Source of the DNA: Tubiluchus corallicola
Lineage: Eukaryota; Animalia; Priapulida
Assembly: GCA_030141605.1 (NCBI GenBank)
Contig: JAQGDQ010000103.1
Span: 310,001 to 374,000, forward strand
Direction: 5' to 3'
Length of the DNA stretch: 64,000 bases
Program-made: the position numbers and the translations under genes
Shown here: in pieces, positions 46,985 through 60,698 of the stretch
Layout: the number at the start of each line of letters is the position of its first letter
How positions within the stretch are numbered: position 1 is the stretch's first letter
Notes under the pieces: model-generated
Database searches by the model: none
Seen by the model: the letters and a program-made list of their open reading frames with translations, nothing else
What the model was told of the DNA's origin: nothing

Positions 46985-48168
46985 CTAGTACTACATAGTA
47001 CACGACAACGCGTGTATCATTAGTAAAATATTTATACAACTTTCGGGGGGGGGGGGGTGCAGTTTAAAACGATATCACCATGTTTTTAATAGTTCATAAA
47101 ATTTGCCTTTCAAGTTTAACAAGACAGCTGGCCACATGGCTTTGACGTTGAGCCCTCAATTTGCTGTTGATAATAGTAACATTTGGGGCACTGGCTGGCA
47201 AGGCATTCCAGCAGAGAATAACTCTTTCATTGAAAAGGTGGCATCTTATGTTTATGTTAATACGAAGAAACACTGGAACATGTCCAAGTAGATCATTATA
47301 TCACCGTAGCTTACTGTAGATCGACAGGACGAAGCTTATAAGTAGGCTTTTTGTCTCTCTTGTTAAAGCTCTATTAATTGTTTTAGCACAAGCATGATAG
47401 GGGCACTGAGTCAGGATGAAGAAGTGGTCTTTACTCAAGATAGTCAACTCGTTCAAAATTTTGAATCAGTTAAGATCTATAGAACTTTTGCATCTCTAAA
47501 ACAGTAGGGTAACGGCTTCAACTTGTCCGTCAGTCATTATTCATCGATTCAGAATCCGCTGAAGCTGGTTAATTAGTGTGATGGCCAGGCAACTGCTGCA
47601 TATTCAAGCTTTAGTAGAACCAATGTTTTATACAATGGCACTATAACTTTAAATGACCTTTTAATCAAACTTACGACTCTGTTTGCTTACGTTTTGATCC
47701 CACTTATATGCTTATTCCATTTCAAGTGCTTCGAAATCCATATACTCAGATCTTTCACTTCAGTTGGCTGATTAATTTCAGACCCGTAAAGTTTGTATCT
47801 GAAATCATACTTTGGTCTAATTAATACGAAATTAACATTATAAACTGGCAATAAAATTTTCTCTGTGGTCGAGTACTTTGATGGTCAGTTAATCGTGGTG
47901 GTTGGTTCTTCTTGCAGATACACAAAGGAACTGAATGAATCAGAGAAGTTAATTTTTAGCCAGGATTTTTATGCGGCACTGATAGAACAAGCACAACCAG
48001 TGTTTATCTAATCTGCAAAGATAATGCTCCTTTTTATAATGTACACATTAATTGTTTTTCAGAACTATTATTTGTTGATTGTTCTTTGTTGAGAAGTTAG
48101 GCTATGCTAATTTGCCTTGTTTTGCTTTAGATATTGCAATCCGTCTGGCCCGCTTGTTAGGGCCAGAT

Positions 48169-48432
48169 ATGGATAGAATGGACGAGGAAGCTCAGCCTCC
48201 GGATTTACATAATTTTAAAGTAGAGTATGGAGAAAAATTGGCATCTACCAAAGTGAGCAGAATAGAGGATGTGAAAGAGAGAGTTCTGTCCTCAGTGAGG
48301 GACAATGAAGCAGCATGTGATATGACAATAACGTTATTCATGTCTGCGCTTTCTTGTTATAAGTGCAACAGTCTTCTTAGACCCTTTCCTCCTCAGTTCC
48401 TTCATGGCGAAGAAAAGGATTTCTCTCATTTG
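48169..48432 (+). CDS. PARP16: PARP16 coding exon 1 (N-terminal helical domain); start codon uncertain
   Basis: MDRMDEE...ACDMTITLFMSALSCYKCNSLLRPFPPQFLHGEEKDFSHL, donor |gtatat. Acceptor at 48130; the frame is open upstream of the ATG. Confidence 0.85.
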
Positions 48433-49409
48433 GTATATTTATTAACAAAACAATTAGCTGCCTAATTTTATTTACTAACACTTGTAATAGAGTATTCAGT
48501 TGTGTAATTTGTCTGAAAGGTTTTTGGTTTCATTACTAATACTGAATGTCAAATAGGCCACCCACTCGGTCATTCAAAACACTCATTCTCCAGTTTGTCA
48601 GTGTAAAAGGACCATGTGGATGCCGAGAATGACAGCACTTGAAATTTGATTGTTACTCTGGTTTGATGCTGTCAAACTGATCAAACAACTGCATATTTTG
48701 TAAGTGCAACAGACCCTGCAGAAATTTCTATTTGTATATGCATTTTATAGACTTGTACAGTGAAATGTATGGAACTTTTCTATTACTGGCACGACTAAAT
48801 GCAAAAGCACAAACTATGGTGCCTGTCAAATCTACTTTTTTGCATTATTTAGAGGTGAAAATTTGTCTAGTAATCGAACATACTTCATGTTATCTGAATA
48901 TAATTTAAAAATTCATTTCTGCTTCTGCTTTTAATTCCAGAAACATATTGGAAATGAAGAAAAGTTAGAGAACACCCCTTGAGCAAATAGTTATGTGCAA
49001 AGTAACTGTCAGTGAAGACTGTTCGCATGGCAGAGTTCAGTGTTTTGAATCTCATTCTTCTGAATGTCATTCAAAGGAGGATCATGTAGACTAGGCGAAA
49101 AACTGCTTAGATAAAATCGGTTGACAAATCTTGTTACATTTTACTAATCAGTGGCGATGTTGACGGCAATAGTTCCTTTAACCAAGCTTTCGGTCTTCGA
49201 TTTATTAAGTTATTACACTGCACAGTTACTGTTCATTAATCACAATTCTTTATAGAAGTAGCCAAAGCTTTGCTGCAATATTTTCTCATAACAATGAGCA
49301 GACATACTGCTAAATGTAATCATAATTGTTTAAACATATTCATTCTTGAGAAGCTAACCTGGTGCAGTAATTTCTGAAGTATTTCACATCATCATTATGT
49401 TCACCACAG

Positions 49410-49559
49410 GCTGAGTTCGTAGAGAAGGTACCAAGCTTGTCAGATCTTCATGCTGCTCATTTAGATGATGATGTTTGGGAGCTGCTAGATTGGATACTCT
49501 GTAATCCTAGGAAACAATTTTGCCTGAACGCAGTGCCAAAAACTTCTCTCTCGAAAAAG
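49410..49559 (+). CDS. PARP16: PARP16 coding exon 2
   Basis: Acceptor cacag|, AEFVEKVPSLSDLHAAHLDDDVWELLDWILCNPRKQFCLNAVPKTSLSKK, donor |gtgatg; 150 nt. Confidence 0.88.
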
Positions 49560-49978
49560 GTGATGTGCAACAAATTTTAAAATATTTTTTATTTTTTAAA
49601 GATTTGCAAATTTTTTATTCTTGATTTAGATAAATATGAACAAAATGTTCAAAGTCTAGATGTGCATATTGCTATTTGGCCACCAGATGTCTAGGCTTGA
49701 TTGTATTCTGCTGATGTGTGTAGCACCTATTTTGCAAAACGAGTTTATTGGGAAGGGAGGATCATTCTATGCATGTGTATATTGCTGAAGGCATACATGT
49801 AACAAGGAAACAGTAATGAAATAAATCTTCTAAGGTAGAATGAATTATTTTAACCTATTGTTTAAAACTGTATATTGTTTTCTTTTAAATACGCGCACGC
49901 ACCATATGTACATGATACATGTACCATATTTATATAACAAGTTAAACTGATCAAATGCATTGAACACACTTTGTGCAG

Positions 49979-50194
49979 GTTCAAGAACTGGAGGAACTGG
50001 CTAATCAAGTTGTGCCGACGCAAAAACCAGATTATATTTTCGATGTCGTGTTTAGCGAGTTGGTAAACGCGTCGTTCGATGAGCGACATCGAAACTGTGG
50101 AGAATCAAGGATGCTGCTTCATGGTTACCATGGCAGCAGACTTGAGAACTGGCATTCCATATTATATAATGGCCTCAATGGAATACAAAACAAG
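49979..50194 (+). CDS. PARP16: PARP16 coding exon 3 (catalytic His)
   Basis: Acceptor tgcag|, VQELEE...PDYIFDV...HGYHGSRLENWHSILYNGLNGIQNK, donor |gtattc. Confidence 0.92.
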
Positions 50195-50576
50195 GTATTC
50201 ATAGTAATTATTATTTTATCAGATGTGAAGGTGCAGAACAAGCATACAGATCAGCTGTCAAACTAACCTTCTTTAGTGAGATGAAACTGTAGTCTTTTCT
50301 AGATTACGAGAATGTGTTTACCACAATAACATTGACTTTCCATGCAAGCAATGGCCTCTATAGCCTTTTGTTAGACCATTCTTTCCCTTCACATCATTGC
50401 ATTCTTATTTTATTTTCCTATAGTGGTTTTGTGCACTTAAAACTTTATACCATTCAGCCTTCCATTCATTGACCTGACTTGACATTGCTTAATTTCAGTT
50501 GCTGAGCTCACACTTTGACCACTTAGCTGTGATATCCATCTAACATTTTTTTAGTATACACGATATATCTTTGCAG

Positions 50577-50742
50577 ACATCTTTGTACGGGGAAGGCACC
50601 TACTTATCGGAAGAGCTGAGTTTGTGTATGCACTACAGTCCATTTGGCAAAGGCTGGCAAAACAGTTTGCTAGGCAAGAAGATCAGCTGCATTGCGTTCT
50701 GTGAAATCATCAATCATCCAGATGTCAAATGCTGTGTGGAAG
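50577..50742 (+). CDS. PARP16: PARP16 coding exon 4
   Basis: Acceptor ttgcag|, [55 protein letters not shown](G), donor |gtaatt. Confidence 0.93.
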
Positions 50743-51104
50743 GTAATTGATGCATTTTTACTAATTATGTATCGGGTGGTGTAGCAAAAGGTGCTGAAGT
50801 TTAAACTACAATAAAATCAGAAGCAGTTACCCTACAAAATTGAAATTTCTCAGCATGGTATTGCAATGCATTCACTTTTGGCTGTGAAAGGTTCAAGTTT
50901 ATAGTTTTAATGGCTTTTAAGGTATAACCGAAAAAATTTTGCATGTTAATCATCAAGTGAAAAATTCCAATTTCAGTGACAGTATATCACTCAATATGGA
51001 CTCAGTATATGGCAGCAGAACAATAAATGAATCAACCAGTTTACATCATGGTCATCATCAGAGAAAATAAAACATTGACAAAGATTTGTTACTAAGAAAA
51101 ACAT

Positions 51105-51280
51105 GGGACTTAATCCTCTGGAATTCTCTTAAAGAGAAAGTGCGCGATGCAGAGAAGCTAAAGGCAAAAATTGTTGAGTGCTGGAACCAAGTATGACTTA
51201 AACTGTGTCAGCTGTTGGAGGAAACTCTTTCAGCTAGTTTGCTGTAAAAATTATGTGCGCATGAAGCACTTGCTGTCTAT
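51105..51280 (+). pseudogene. Decayed Tc1/mariner transposase C-terminal fragment in PARP16 intron 4
   Basis: LWNSLKEKVRDAEKLKAKIVECWNQV*, then in another frame CWRKLFQLV...MKHLL; resembles the mariner C-terminus LWxxLKxKV...LKxxIxxxW...EHLL. Confidence 0.55.
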
Positions 51281-52397
51281 TTTAACAATAGTAACAAAAT
51301 TTTTTCCTGTGTTTGTTTTTCTGATTTTTTTATTTAAAGCTTCTGCTTTATTGTTCTGCTCCCTAAAGTGCAAGGGAATGACTTAAAATTTTTGGCATAT
51401 ATACAAAAGCATCTGTAACATCGTCACGGTAATTTCCAGTGGATTCTGTTAGTTTCTTCATATAATATTGTGATCCAAACTTCCAAATATTTTTGGCCAC
51501 TTGGTAGAATAGAATTTTAGATAAAAAATATTGTGTAATTGCATTAGCCTGACCAATGCTGTTTTTCTGCTGTCCAAAATAGGATTTTATCAGGATCTAA
51601 AAAATAGGAAAAAATAACCAAAGTCTGCTTTTTACCAAAAAGTCATTATCGTTAACACTTAGATGCTAAGCATTAAAAAATATGGATTTCTCTAACAACT
51701 ATGTAAAAATGCCCCACTTTTTAATTGTCTTTTTTTAGAAATTTGCTGAACATATGAACTCTTTGTACCATTTTGCAGTTCTTTGCACATGCTACAAATC
51801 CCACTATAGTTTTGTTTATTATGAATTATGAAGATTGCCTGTGTGTGATAGACTAAATTATAGGCAAAAATTCAAATTTGCGAAAACTGGCTCATACTTA
51901 AAGAAAATACATGGCACCCAGCTTTGAAGTTTCAGCTAATTTCTCTGCGGCATTAAAACAACTAATATGATAACTATTAGCAAAAAATAAAAAGCAGTAG
52001 GCATTATGTGGAATTTGCCAACCAGCTATACTTTTCTAGAGCAAATAAGCAATCACCTTTTTTGGCATAATGCAGAAAATTTACACTTCACTCTCTAATC
52101 ATGTATTCTTGGAGCATTGGAAATGCTTTTGTCTTGCTTGTTTGTTTGGTGATTAGACAAGCTCTGTCACTTGATTTTATAACTTATCTACTTTACCTAT
52201 GATGATGTACAGAGTCTACTGGCCTTCCTAGACACACCTCTGCATTTGTTTGCCTCAGATGATAGCTGATGTCTGATAGGTTTGTAAAACAAAACAGTAA
52301 GGATGGTTTATGCCCTCTGATAGCTTTTAAGTGTTAATAAATAGAAATTAACTATTGTTGTCATACGGCGGCATTTTAATCCATCTTACATTAACAG

Positions 52398-52542
52398 GTG
52401 ATACAGTAAGTGCAAGGAAGCGAAGCCTCTCTCAGAATAGTGAAGGAGGACGAGTCCCGGAGAAGTACTTTGTTGTTACAAATGATGAGCTGCTCCGTGT
52501 GAAATCCTTGCTGGTCTATGTAGACAGTGCTCCTCCATGCAG
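52398..52542 (+). CDS. PARP16: PARP16 coding exon 5
   Basis: Acceptor aacag|, (G)[47 protein letters not shown](R), donor |gtaaag. Confidence 0.92.
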
Positions 52543-53974
52543 GTAAAGCATTTTGTTTATTTCATAACATCACAAACAATCGTCACAATATACAGGGTGC
52601 GGAAATTTGAAGATTGGTGCTGACTGTATACCTTTTATGTTTGCTCAAAAGTTCTTAATTATAAAACTTTAACTAAGTACATGCACAGAAATCCTGGATG
52701 CTCAGTTACATAGCCAGCTCTGTCGCAGTCATTATAAAACTAATGTACTGACATTATGGCCTTTTAAGAGAGAGATGGTCTTCAGGACCAGAATTTCAAC
52801 GCGAATCCATTTGCATAAACATTCATGCCAGTTTCCATTACGACCAATCTAGTTTAATTCATGCAGTTTTCACATGAGTGTTAAAAAGTAAAGAAATATG
52901 TGAGGATTACTGGTACTAATCTGACTTTTTCGCTCTTTGCCTAATGCTAACGTGTGCACTGCCATACTGTGCTTACGAGTTTACTTGGTTACTTCCCAAG
53001 TGTCTTTGATGTACTGCACTTTTCATTCAGAGTTGTACGTAAAAGTCCTAAGATTCTGCCAAGCCAACAGGTAGACTCCAGGTAATGTAAACAACAGAAT
53101 GTAAACTCCAGGTAAATGGCGTAAAATTATCAGTAAAAATGTTTGTGTTTTGCATAAAGAATTTTTCTCAAACATGGCATTATCAAAGCCTGCAGGAAAA
53201 ACAGTTTCTAAGACCTTTAATAATAAATCACTTTCATTGCAATTCATTCTCTGCCGTTTCAATAATATGATTCTTTGTATTTGACCTATGTAATTTAGAC
53301 CTTGATTATCTGGATTCTCATAAAATGTCACGGCAAGAGTCTGCTTAGATTCTCGCAAAATAACACGAAATTCTGATTTTTCAAAGGAGAGGAACTTTAA
53401 TAACAAATTGTTAGAGCGAGAAAAAGTTATATTAAAACTCACCTTTTTATCAGCTCTTATCTCACTTACGCAGTAAGAGGTTGTATAAGAGAGAGAGAGC
53501 TCTAAGTTGTTGGCAAAGATAGAATCATTAGTTACCAAGTAGTGGTTACCAGAAACGTGGGATCTTTGTTGGAATAATTACCAGAATTTGAACTTGGTAC
53601 TTTCAGAAGTTGAGTGAAAATCACTATATCACTGGTTATCTGTTGGATCTTTTATTATTAAAACTGTTGTTTATATTCTTAACGGTCTCCCTGTAAGTCT
53701 AATGATATTACTTTAAGTGTCAAAGAAGCAACAATGCTAAACTATATAAGATAAAGGCTCTACATTTCAGTAATAACATTATTAGCATTAGTAACATTAG
53801 TGCTGTGTACAGTACTGTTTATTATAGTATCTGGTGCATGTGTGAGTCATGACGTTTAGTGAAAATAAAGAAGAGCCATTACAATCTGCTACCTGTTTGG
53901 TAGCATGGATTCCAGAAATTTATTTTGCATCCAGATTGTGCCAGATTTGCTGATTCTTTTCATTTTTTTTAATA

Positions 53975-54968
53975 CAGTAGGTGCCGCTTAATAGACTCAC
54001 GGTTAATAGACTCAATCGCTTAATTGACTCAAAAACACCTGGTATGGGCTGCTTCTATTCTAATGTACCTAAAAACAGTCGGTAATTGACTCAAATAACT
54101 CCGCACAGTTGACTCAATATTTTTCCTTCACATGCTTCAATAAGACACTTTCTTGTGACTAATAAGCTTTTATGAGTTTTATATCATTTTAGTTCGCGTT
54201 TATCCTATAATATACATAGAAACAATCATGTGTAGTACCGTTTTGTCTGCAAGCAGGAACGTTTATCATACGCTATATGCTAGCGTAATGGTTTCCTTTG
54301 ACCCGCCCATCTCCTGCAGTTAACCTCGTTACCCAAGAATTCCTGGAAGCTAAACATTTAATCACTTGCTTAGCGGTTTGCTTTTGAAGCTCTGGCTGTC
54401 GTTGCCAGAAAGTTTAATCAGGTAGATGTTGCCGTTATGCCAGGAACGCAGGTACAGTACAGTAAGTACATCACAATTATAGCAAGCGGGAGCTTAGGCG
54501 AAACTACAGACGAAGCTACTTGCTTCCACGGTCTCCACCAACAGTTTAAGCACACCAAGCACTAAGTATTTTATGAGAATTTTTACATCAACAACAACAG
54601 ATTTGTCATTAATTGAACTTTGTGAGCCAACTTCTTTGGGATGAAATGAAGCAGCTGACTTTGAAGGAATTTTTGTAATTTTTGCAAATAAACAGACTTG
54701 TCTGATTTAGAAAAGTATACTTTTTAATTTATTGCTAATTCACTTATATAAATTAATATTTTAAAATATGTTTTTTAATTTTTAACTGCACAAAGGAATT
54801 TAGGCATTACTTCATTTCTAAAATTCATTAAATACCTTTGCAGTGCACAGTAAGCTGGTGACTCGTACTTATACCAGTAATACTACAGCCATCGGTTAAT
54901 AGGTTCAGTCAGTTAATTGGGTCAAAACACTTCGGTCCCAAAGTTAGTTTATTAAGCTGCACCTACTG
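53975..54968. mobile_element. pogo/Tigger-type (Tc1/mariner) MITE in the last PARP16 intron
   Basis: TA|CAGTAGGTGCCGCTTAATAGACT ... AGTTTATTAAGCTGCACCTACTG|TA: 23-bp TIR with 2 mismatches, TA TSD, and subterminal ttaatagactca repeats. Confidence 0.85.
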
Positions 54969-55259
54969 TACTTTTATCAAGAATATTGGAAACAGAATGC
55001 TTCACATTTACTTGTTTTTCTGAATTTCCAGAAAACTGTACAAAACAATGTACAAATAACGTAAAAGTTGTCTACTGTTTTTTCATTAATTTTTATGTCT
55101 AAAAGTCAAACCTCAGAAGTGTTAACTCACAGCTTGCTAGTTGTCAAGTTAGTGAAGAATAGCATGGAGGAACTCCTCGCATGCAGACATTACTTAAGTT
55201 TTATTTTTATGTTATCTGCAGTCTTCACATGTATAAAAATCATTTGATTCGTTTTACAG

Positions 55260-55404
55260 AGTTAAAAAAGTTCAGCCATCTTGGGCATGGGAACATCGCT
55301 TCCTTCTTTCCATGATTGGTTATTTACTGTGTTTGATAGCTATCGGAGTGGCAAATTCATCTTTCGCTCGAAAGCTCATCCGAAAGTGGGCACACAGTTA
55401 TTAG
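55260..55404 (+). CDS. PARP16: PARP16 last coding exon (transmembrane tail anchor)
   Basis: Acceptor ttttacag|, (R)VKKVQPSWAWEHRFLLSMIGYLLCLIAIGVANSSFARKLIRKWAHSY*. Confidence 0.9.
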
Positions 55405-58400
55405 AATGGAGGTCAAACGTTTTGTGCAACTGTTGACTGATAATTTATGGCCTAATTGCTTAATACCAAGTGTACTCAGTCAAATTTTTTCTACAATTTT
55501 GTACAAACACTGTAAATGTTTTAGCTTATCCTGCCTTGATTACAGGTAATTTATTTTAGTTGCAGGTAATTCATTTATGCTTACATTTATCAAATTGAAT
55601 TTATGCAGGTTGTTTCCAAATGTTTAAATTTTTATGGTGAAATTAAAATTTGAAAATGAGGGAGTGCGTTTATAGTTTGTATGTGCATTACACATCACTC
55701 ACGTGTGAGCAGGAACTGATGTTGCAAAAACAAAATTGTGCCGCATACTATCGAGTTCCATGGTAATTACTTTACTCAATGTGTCTAAGTGGGAAAATTG
55801 ATAGGTCGGGTATTTTTTCAATTACTTGTAAATGCAACTAGCGTAATTTCAAAGTATGTGATTTAGAAAGTAGCTTAATAATAACAAATAACTGAGAGAA
55901 TTATATGAGAACTATAATAGTTTCTCAGTTGCTGTCTTCTACAGTTTTGCAGATGAAATTGATATTTTACTGATATTTTGTTGATTTTACCCCCAAAGAT
56001 TCAGTTTACATACTTAAATTAAGGGTCTGTCCCATCTGCTAAATGTAAGCGAAATATTACCGGATTTCACTATAAGCAGTAAGTAAAAAGTAACAAAGTT
56101 GTAACTGCATCATATTACTTGTTGAAAACATCTTACTTAGGTTACAATATTAATTACTATGCAGATCATTATTTATGGCAGATTTTTTGCCACTGATCCT
56201 TTTAGAAGCCGACAGTTTCAAGAGAAACAAAATTCTGATGGTTCAACTAAAGTCAAGAATTCATTGCTAAAATGAAATTATGAAACACTTGCCACTGAGT
56301 GAGAAAACAGGTTGCAAGAAAGTTTGTGGTCATAAAAATGTATTGCCATAAAATGACACGTCTTAAAAGTGGTCTGATTGAGATTTCACATTTGGACTTT
56401 CCTGCTCGCTACTTTAAGGAAATATATTGTTACTACTATTTTACCTCTCTCTAGCGGCTTGTGCACTTCCGTGTGAGGAAGTAACGTGTAGGAATAGTGT
56501 ATGTAATAAAGATCAGACAAATGTGGCTGTGCCAGCAACATGTGTGACAAAGTCATACATAAAATGACACTAACGGGGTACAAGGACAGTAAGTGGTTTA
56601 CTCTGCCATGAAGAGAAGGATGTGCACATCATTGCCACTACAAAATAAACTTTGTACGATTCTGCAAGAAATTTTGCATTTTATATGCATTTTTATAGAG
56701 CTGCCTGTTCATAGTATAAAAGTACTAAAGATTAAATTTAAGGTTATATAACATGCATATATACTTTGTATTTTTGGCTTATGCTGTTCCTGTTATTCTA
56801 ATGATTTTCATAATGAATTTGATAAATAAGAATGTATTTTTTTTGTTTCATGATGATAATGATTGCTTTCACACGTTACGTAATGTAATACAATAGAATA
56901 TCATTATAGCGAACCTGCTAGGTACCCAGAAAAAAGTACTATAAAACTGAGGTATTCTATTAGTATACGCAGCTAATCATATATTACTAGATGGATAAGC
57001 ATGTATTAATAATAAATGTGTATAAATAATATACAACGTGTGGCTTCACAGAGAATGTAAAGTACTTTTAGAAGTTGTTGTCAAGTATCAATTGCTTTGC
57101 AGTATATTCAAATTCAATGGAATACATTTTGAGTTCAGTAAATTAAAAATTGATGAATGTTTGTGCATACACTTAAATCTGTTGTAAATGTGCGTGACAT
57201 GTTCAGTAGAAGTAGTTAGTGAGATCCAAAAAAGTCTGTCAATTTTTGAAAAAAATTCTATTTGTCCCTGGTATAAAGTTTTTGCAGTAGTGTCCATCAG
57301 TTGAAACATCTCAACAGTACGCTGCATAATGTACGTACATAAAACAGCTGCTTCCCAAGCCGTCGAGTGTCTCATTGTTTTTATACAGTTAGTAGACAAA
57401 ATGACTTTTCGACACGACATGTTAACAACTCTGCATACTCCATGCCCAACAACTTTTTTGCAGCACCACGAAAGGCGGGTTAAATTTAGGTGGCAAAGGT
57501 GAAGTATGCAATGAAAACTTACAAATATGGTGTAATACAGCAATAGGATCTGACAAAAAGTCCGAAATACGCAAAAACTGAGTATGCTGTATTCATAGCA
57601 ATTATACTACTTAAATTGTTGATTTTAGTGATGAAAGTTTGTTCTTTTATGCGAGTTTGCACTACGTGTGTGTGTGTGTGTGTGTGTGCAAGAAACCATG
57701 TTCGCCATAATGGTGTTATAAAGTAGTTTTAACGATATTACACTCCAGTTATTTTATCTTCATATATAAATATATATGAAATATATAATATATGAAATAT
57801 AAATTTGTCTTCATAGAATTGTAGATAATTATTATGTATGGAATGGTTTCTAGTATTGTTAAAAATTGCTAGGGATAATTAAAAGTGAAATTCAACAAAG
57901 ATGTTTTGCTTATTACTAGTAACCAAAGTTAAAAGTTATAATTGATTAGTTCTTTGTGGTGAAATTACTACAAACACAAAGGCACAAAGGTACTACGAGA
58001 AGTACGAAAAGCAAAAACTAGGCAGACCTACCAGGTGCAAGTGTCTCAGAAATCACCTTTGATTATTGACGTTTTATGGCCTAAGTGTGTGCTAAGAAAT
58101 CAAGCTATTATGGCCAGACATGCACAATATTTGTATTAGCACGAAAAACTAAGACGTTCGTTGAGTTCAAGTTATCTGCCTATTCTGACAGTTACAATAA
58201 ACAAGAAAGGTTTTCTTTATTTTGGCTTTTTGGATGTAGAGTAAGCGTTGGGACAAAACCAAACCTGCGAACTTTCACATATTAGTGTGTCACACGCATC
58301 AAATTTCATTTCTCACACATTCCACAACTTCACAATCAAGTTTGTAAATCACCTGACTTTGCTATTAGCATTATACAGTAGCGTTCATATGTCTTTTATA

Positions 58401-58968
58401 CCAAAGGGTATTAAAATTGAAAATCAAGCATTTTTGGGAGCTTTTTCATGTGTACAAAAGAACATTTATATATACATTATGTATAGTGAATTGCAATAAC
58501 AGCAGTTTAATCATAATAAAAAAGGCTCAGTAGTAGACAAAAAGTGGCTTAATTTTCTGATATCTTGATTTTGCATAGCACACAAAATGCAAAAATTTCT
58601 GGGGCATTAATTTGTCTGCTGCATCCCTACTGGGGGCAAAATGACCCCGGGCTCTTTCTGTTTCACACTAATTGTTTACATCAAATAATTGGCAGGTCTG
58701 AAAAAACCATTGCGGAATTTGTAATGTAAATTCTATTTCATAAAACAACATTGATCAATGAAACTAATAAACGAAGCAATGAGTATAAAAATATTCAACA
58801 AGATTATATTATATTAGACTTTAGTAGAAAATACCTTAACACAACCAGCTACATACATAATTGAAAAAAACATTTTCTCATCATTACAATTTACAAAGTG
58901 TATATCATATACTGTAATATATCATCATTCTGCATAATATCTTACCTACTTAGCCATTAAAACTGCCA

Positions 58969-59559
58969 TCATGTTGGTTCAGGAGATGACTCGAAACTAG
59001 AACTGTCGGCGTTTTTAGTCACTTCGTAATAAATAACAATAAAAATTGGCAGTAGTATGGCAACACCCAAGAACACTCCCATGATGCCCCACCAAGAAAT
59101 TCCACAGTCTATACCGCTAAATAATTTCTGTGGCTTGTGGAGAGGGTAGAATCTTTTACACGTTAACGTTTGCGTAACCTCGTCTAACGAGTTTTTGCAA
59201 CTACTACTGGCCGAGTCACGTATTCGCGCCAAGTCCCTGTCCATGTCTCGAAGAAACTTCTGTGCGTCCGAACTCTCGCCGTTCACCATATCACGGATGC
59301 TTATCGTTCTAACGTAATGTTCGGTCTCATCTTCCGAGCTGAGCGGGACGTCTGAACCGGAGACGGAGCGACGTCGGGGTTCGCTCGTATCGCCTTCGCC
59401 TGTCCTAACAGTGTTTCGGTCGGTCAAATCGACTAATTGCTGTGTCTGAGCATGTTGTTCTTGTAGTAGACCGTGTTGTTTTGCAGGTATTTTTATTGAT
59501 TTTAAAGCATAAAATTCAGTTTCCGACATCAAATTGTTGATCCGTTTCAACTCTCCCAC
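58969..59559 (-). CDS. LYSMD3: LYSMD3/4 last coding exon
   Basis: Acceptor ttctag|, VGELKRINNL...FLRDMDRDL...GIDCGISWWGIMGVFLGVAILLPIFIVIYYEV...SPEPT*. Confidence 0.92.
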   Translation of the reverse strand: MGELKRINNLMSETEFYALKSIKIPAKQHGLLQEQHAQTQQLVDLTDRNTVRTGEGDTSEPRRRSVSGSDVPLSSEDETEHYVRTISIRDMVNGESSDAQKFLRDMDRDLARIRDSASSSCKNSLDEVTQTLTCKRFYPLHKPQKLFSGIDCGISWWGIMGVFLGVAILLPIFIVIYYEVTKNADSSSFESSPEPT

Positions 59560-59882
59560 CTAGAAATTTTGTAACTTCAAATATACCTAACCTCACAATT
59601 TCCAACTTAGGTCTGAAATGCATCTAGGAGTATGCTCCTAGGAGGGCTATACATCTACTGTACCTTGATGCAACATGTTTTACCTGAGAAACCAAATATG
59701 GTCAAGCTCGAATAATGAATGAGTGAAATGTTCATATGAAATTTATGAAAAATTTTAAAATATTAATAAAATAAAATTTTCGTCTAAATGCAGAACTCGG
59801 TAACACCACTGTCCTATTCAAGACATAAAGTTACTGTCAAGCAGACTGAACAAAGTCAAGAATCAGGAAAAATTCATTCTAT

Positions 59883-60357
59883 TTAAAGGGGAAGAAAAGT
59901 GAATTTTAAAGTACATTCCAAAGAACTCCATAAAAAGCTATATTACTTAGCATCACACTTAACAGTTTGAAAGACTTTTGCGTTCGAAAGACAAAGTTGG
60001 AAAAGAAAGTTCTTAATAATTTAAAATAGTTGTGCCGCATGATAAAACTTTGCTGACTCACCATCCCAGTGTGCATCACTGATTCACCAAAGACCACATT
60101 ATTGATCTTATTGACAATATAAAGTAATTTAAACTTTTGCTTTTGCTTTGCTTTGCTTTAAACTTGTTTCAAACAACCTGCCGTTAAAATGGCTGCACTT
60201 AATGGTTATCACAGAACCTTAAATTTACAAGTTTTGTGCAGCATTTTTTTATAGTTAATACAAGCCTTGTATGCAATAGGACAGGATGCAAGGGATAGAA
60301 AATTTCAAAACAACTTTTTTGAGCTTTAATTATGAAGAGTGTTTTCTTGTAGTTCAA
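59883..60357 (+). mobile_element. TTAA-flanked MITE family A copy in a LYSMD3 intron
   Basis: TTAAAGGGGAAGAAAAG ... ttttcttgtagttcaa. Confidence 0.75.
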
Positions 60358-60468
60358 GAATGAGTGTAATTACATATTTTTGTAGTACATCCATAATTCT
60401 TTCAATAAAAATCAAACATTTAAGTACAGTGACTAAGAAACAGTATCACTTGATTGGAAAATACCCAC

Positions 60469-60698
60469 CGGGCAGCCATATTGTAATGACAGTGTGCGCA
60501 ATGTATCACCTTCTACGATCCGCTTTTCAAGGAATGTCTGCAATTGGTCGCTTGGCTTCCTAATCTGACGCTCTGCCTGCAAAGCATCCCCTCGTGGCCG
60601 GATGCGAGACATCTCCAGGATGTCCTCGCTAGTGAGTTCCGTAGACTCCTCATTATCAAACGTGTAATATTGTACACCATCAAGCTTCTTCAACAAAC
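60469..60698 (-). CDS. LYSMD3: LYSMD3/4 coding exon 2
   Basis: Acceptor attag|, (G)LLKKLDGVQYYTFDNEES...EMSRIRPRG...EGDTLRTLSLQYGCP, donor |gtgggt. Confidence 0.88.

Larger units (their letters stand above)
48169..55404 (+). other. PARP16: Gene span: PARP16 (ARTD15), tail-anchored mono-ADP-ribosyltransferase
   Basis: Six exons join in frame: 48169-48432, 49410-49559, 49979-50194, 50577-50742, 52398-52542, 55260-55404. H-Y-Y triad motifs (YHGSRLENWHSI, GEGTYLS, PEKYFVV) and a C-terminal TM segment are present. Confidence 0.93.
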
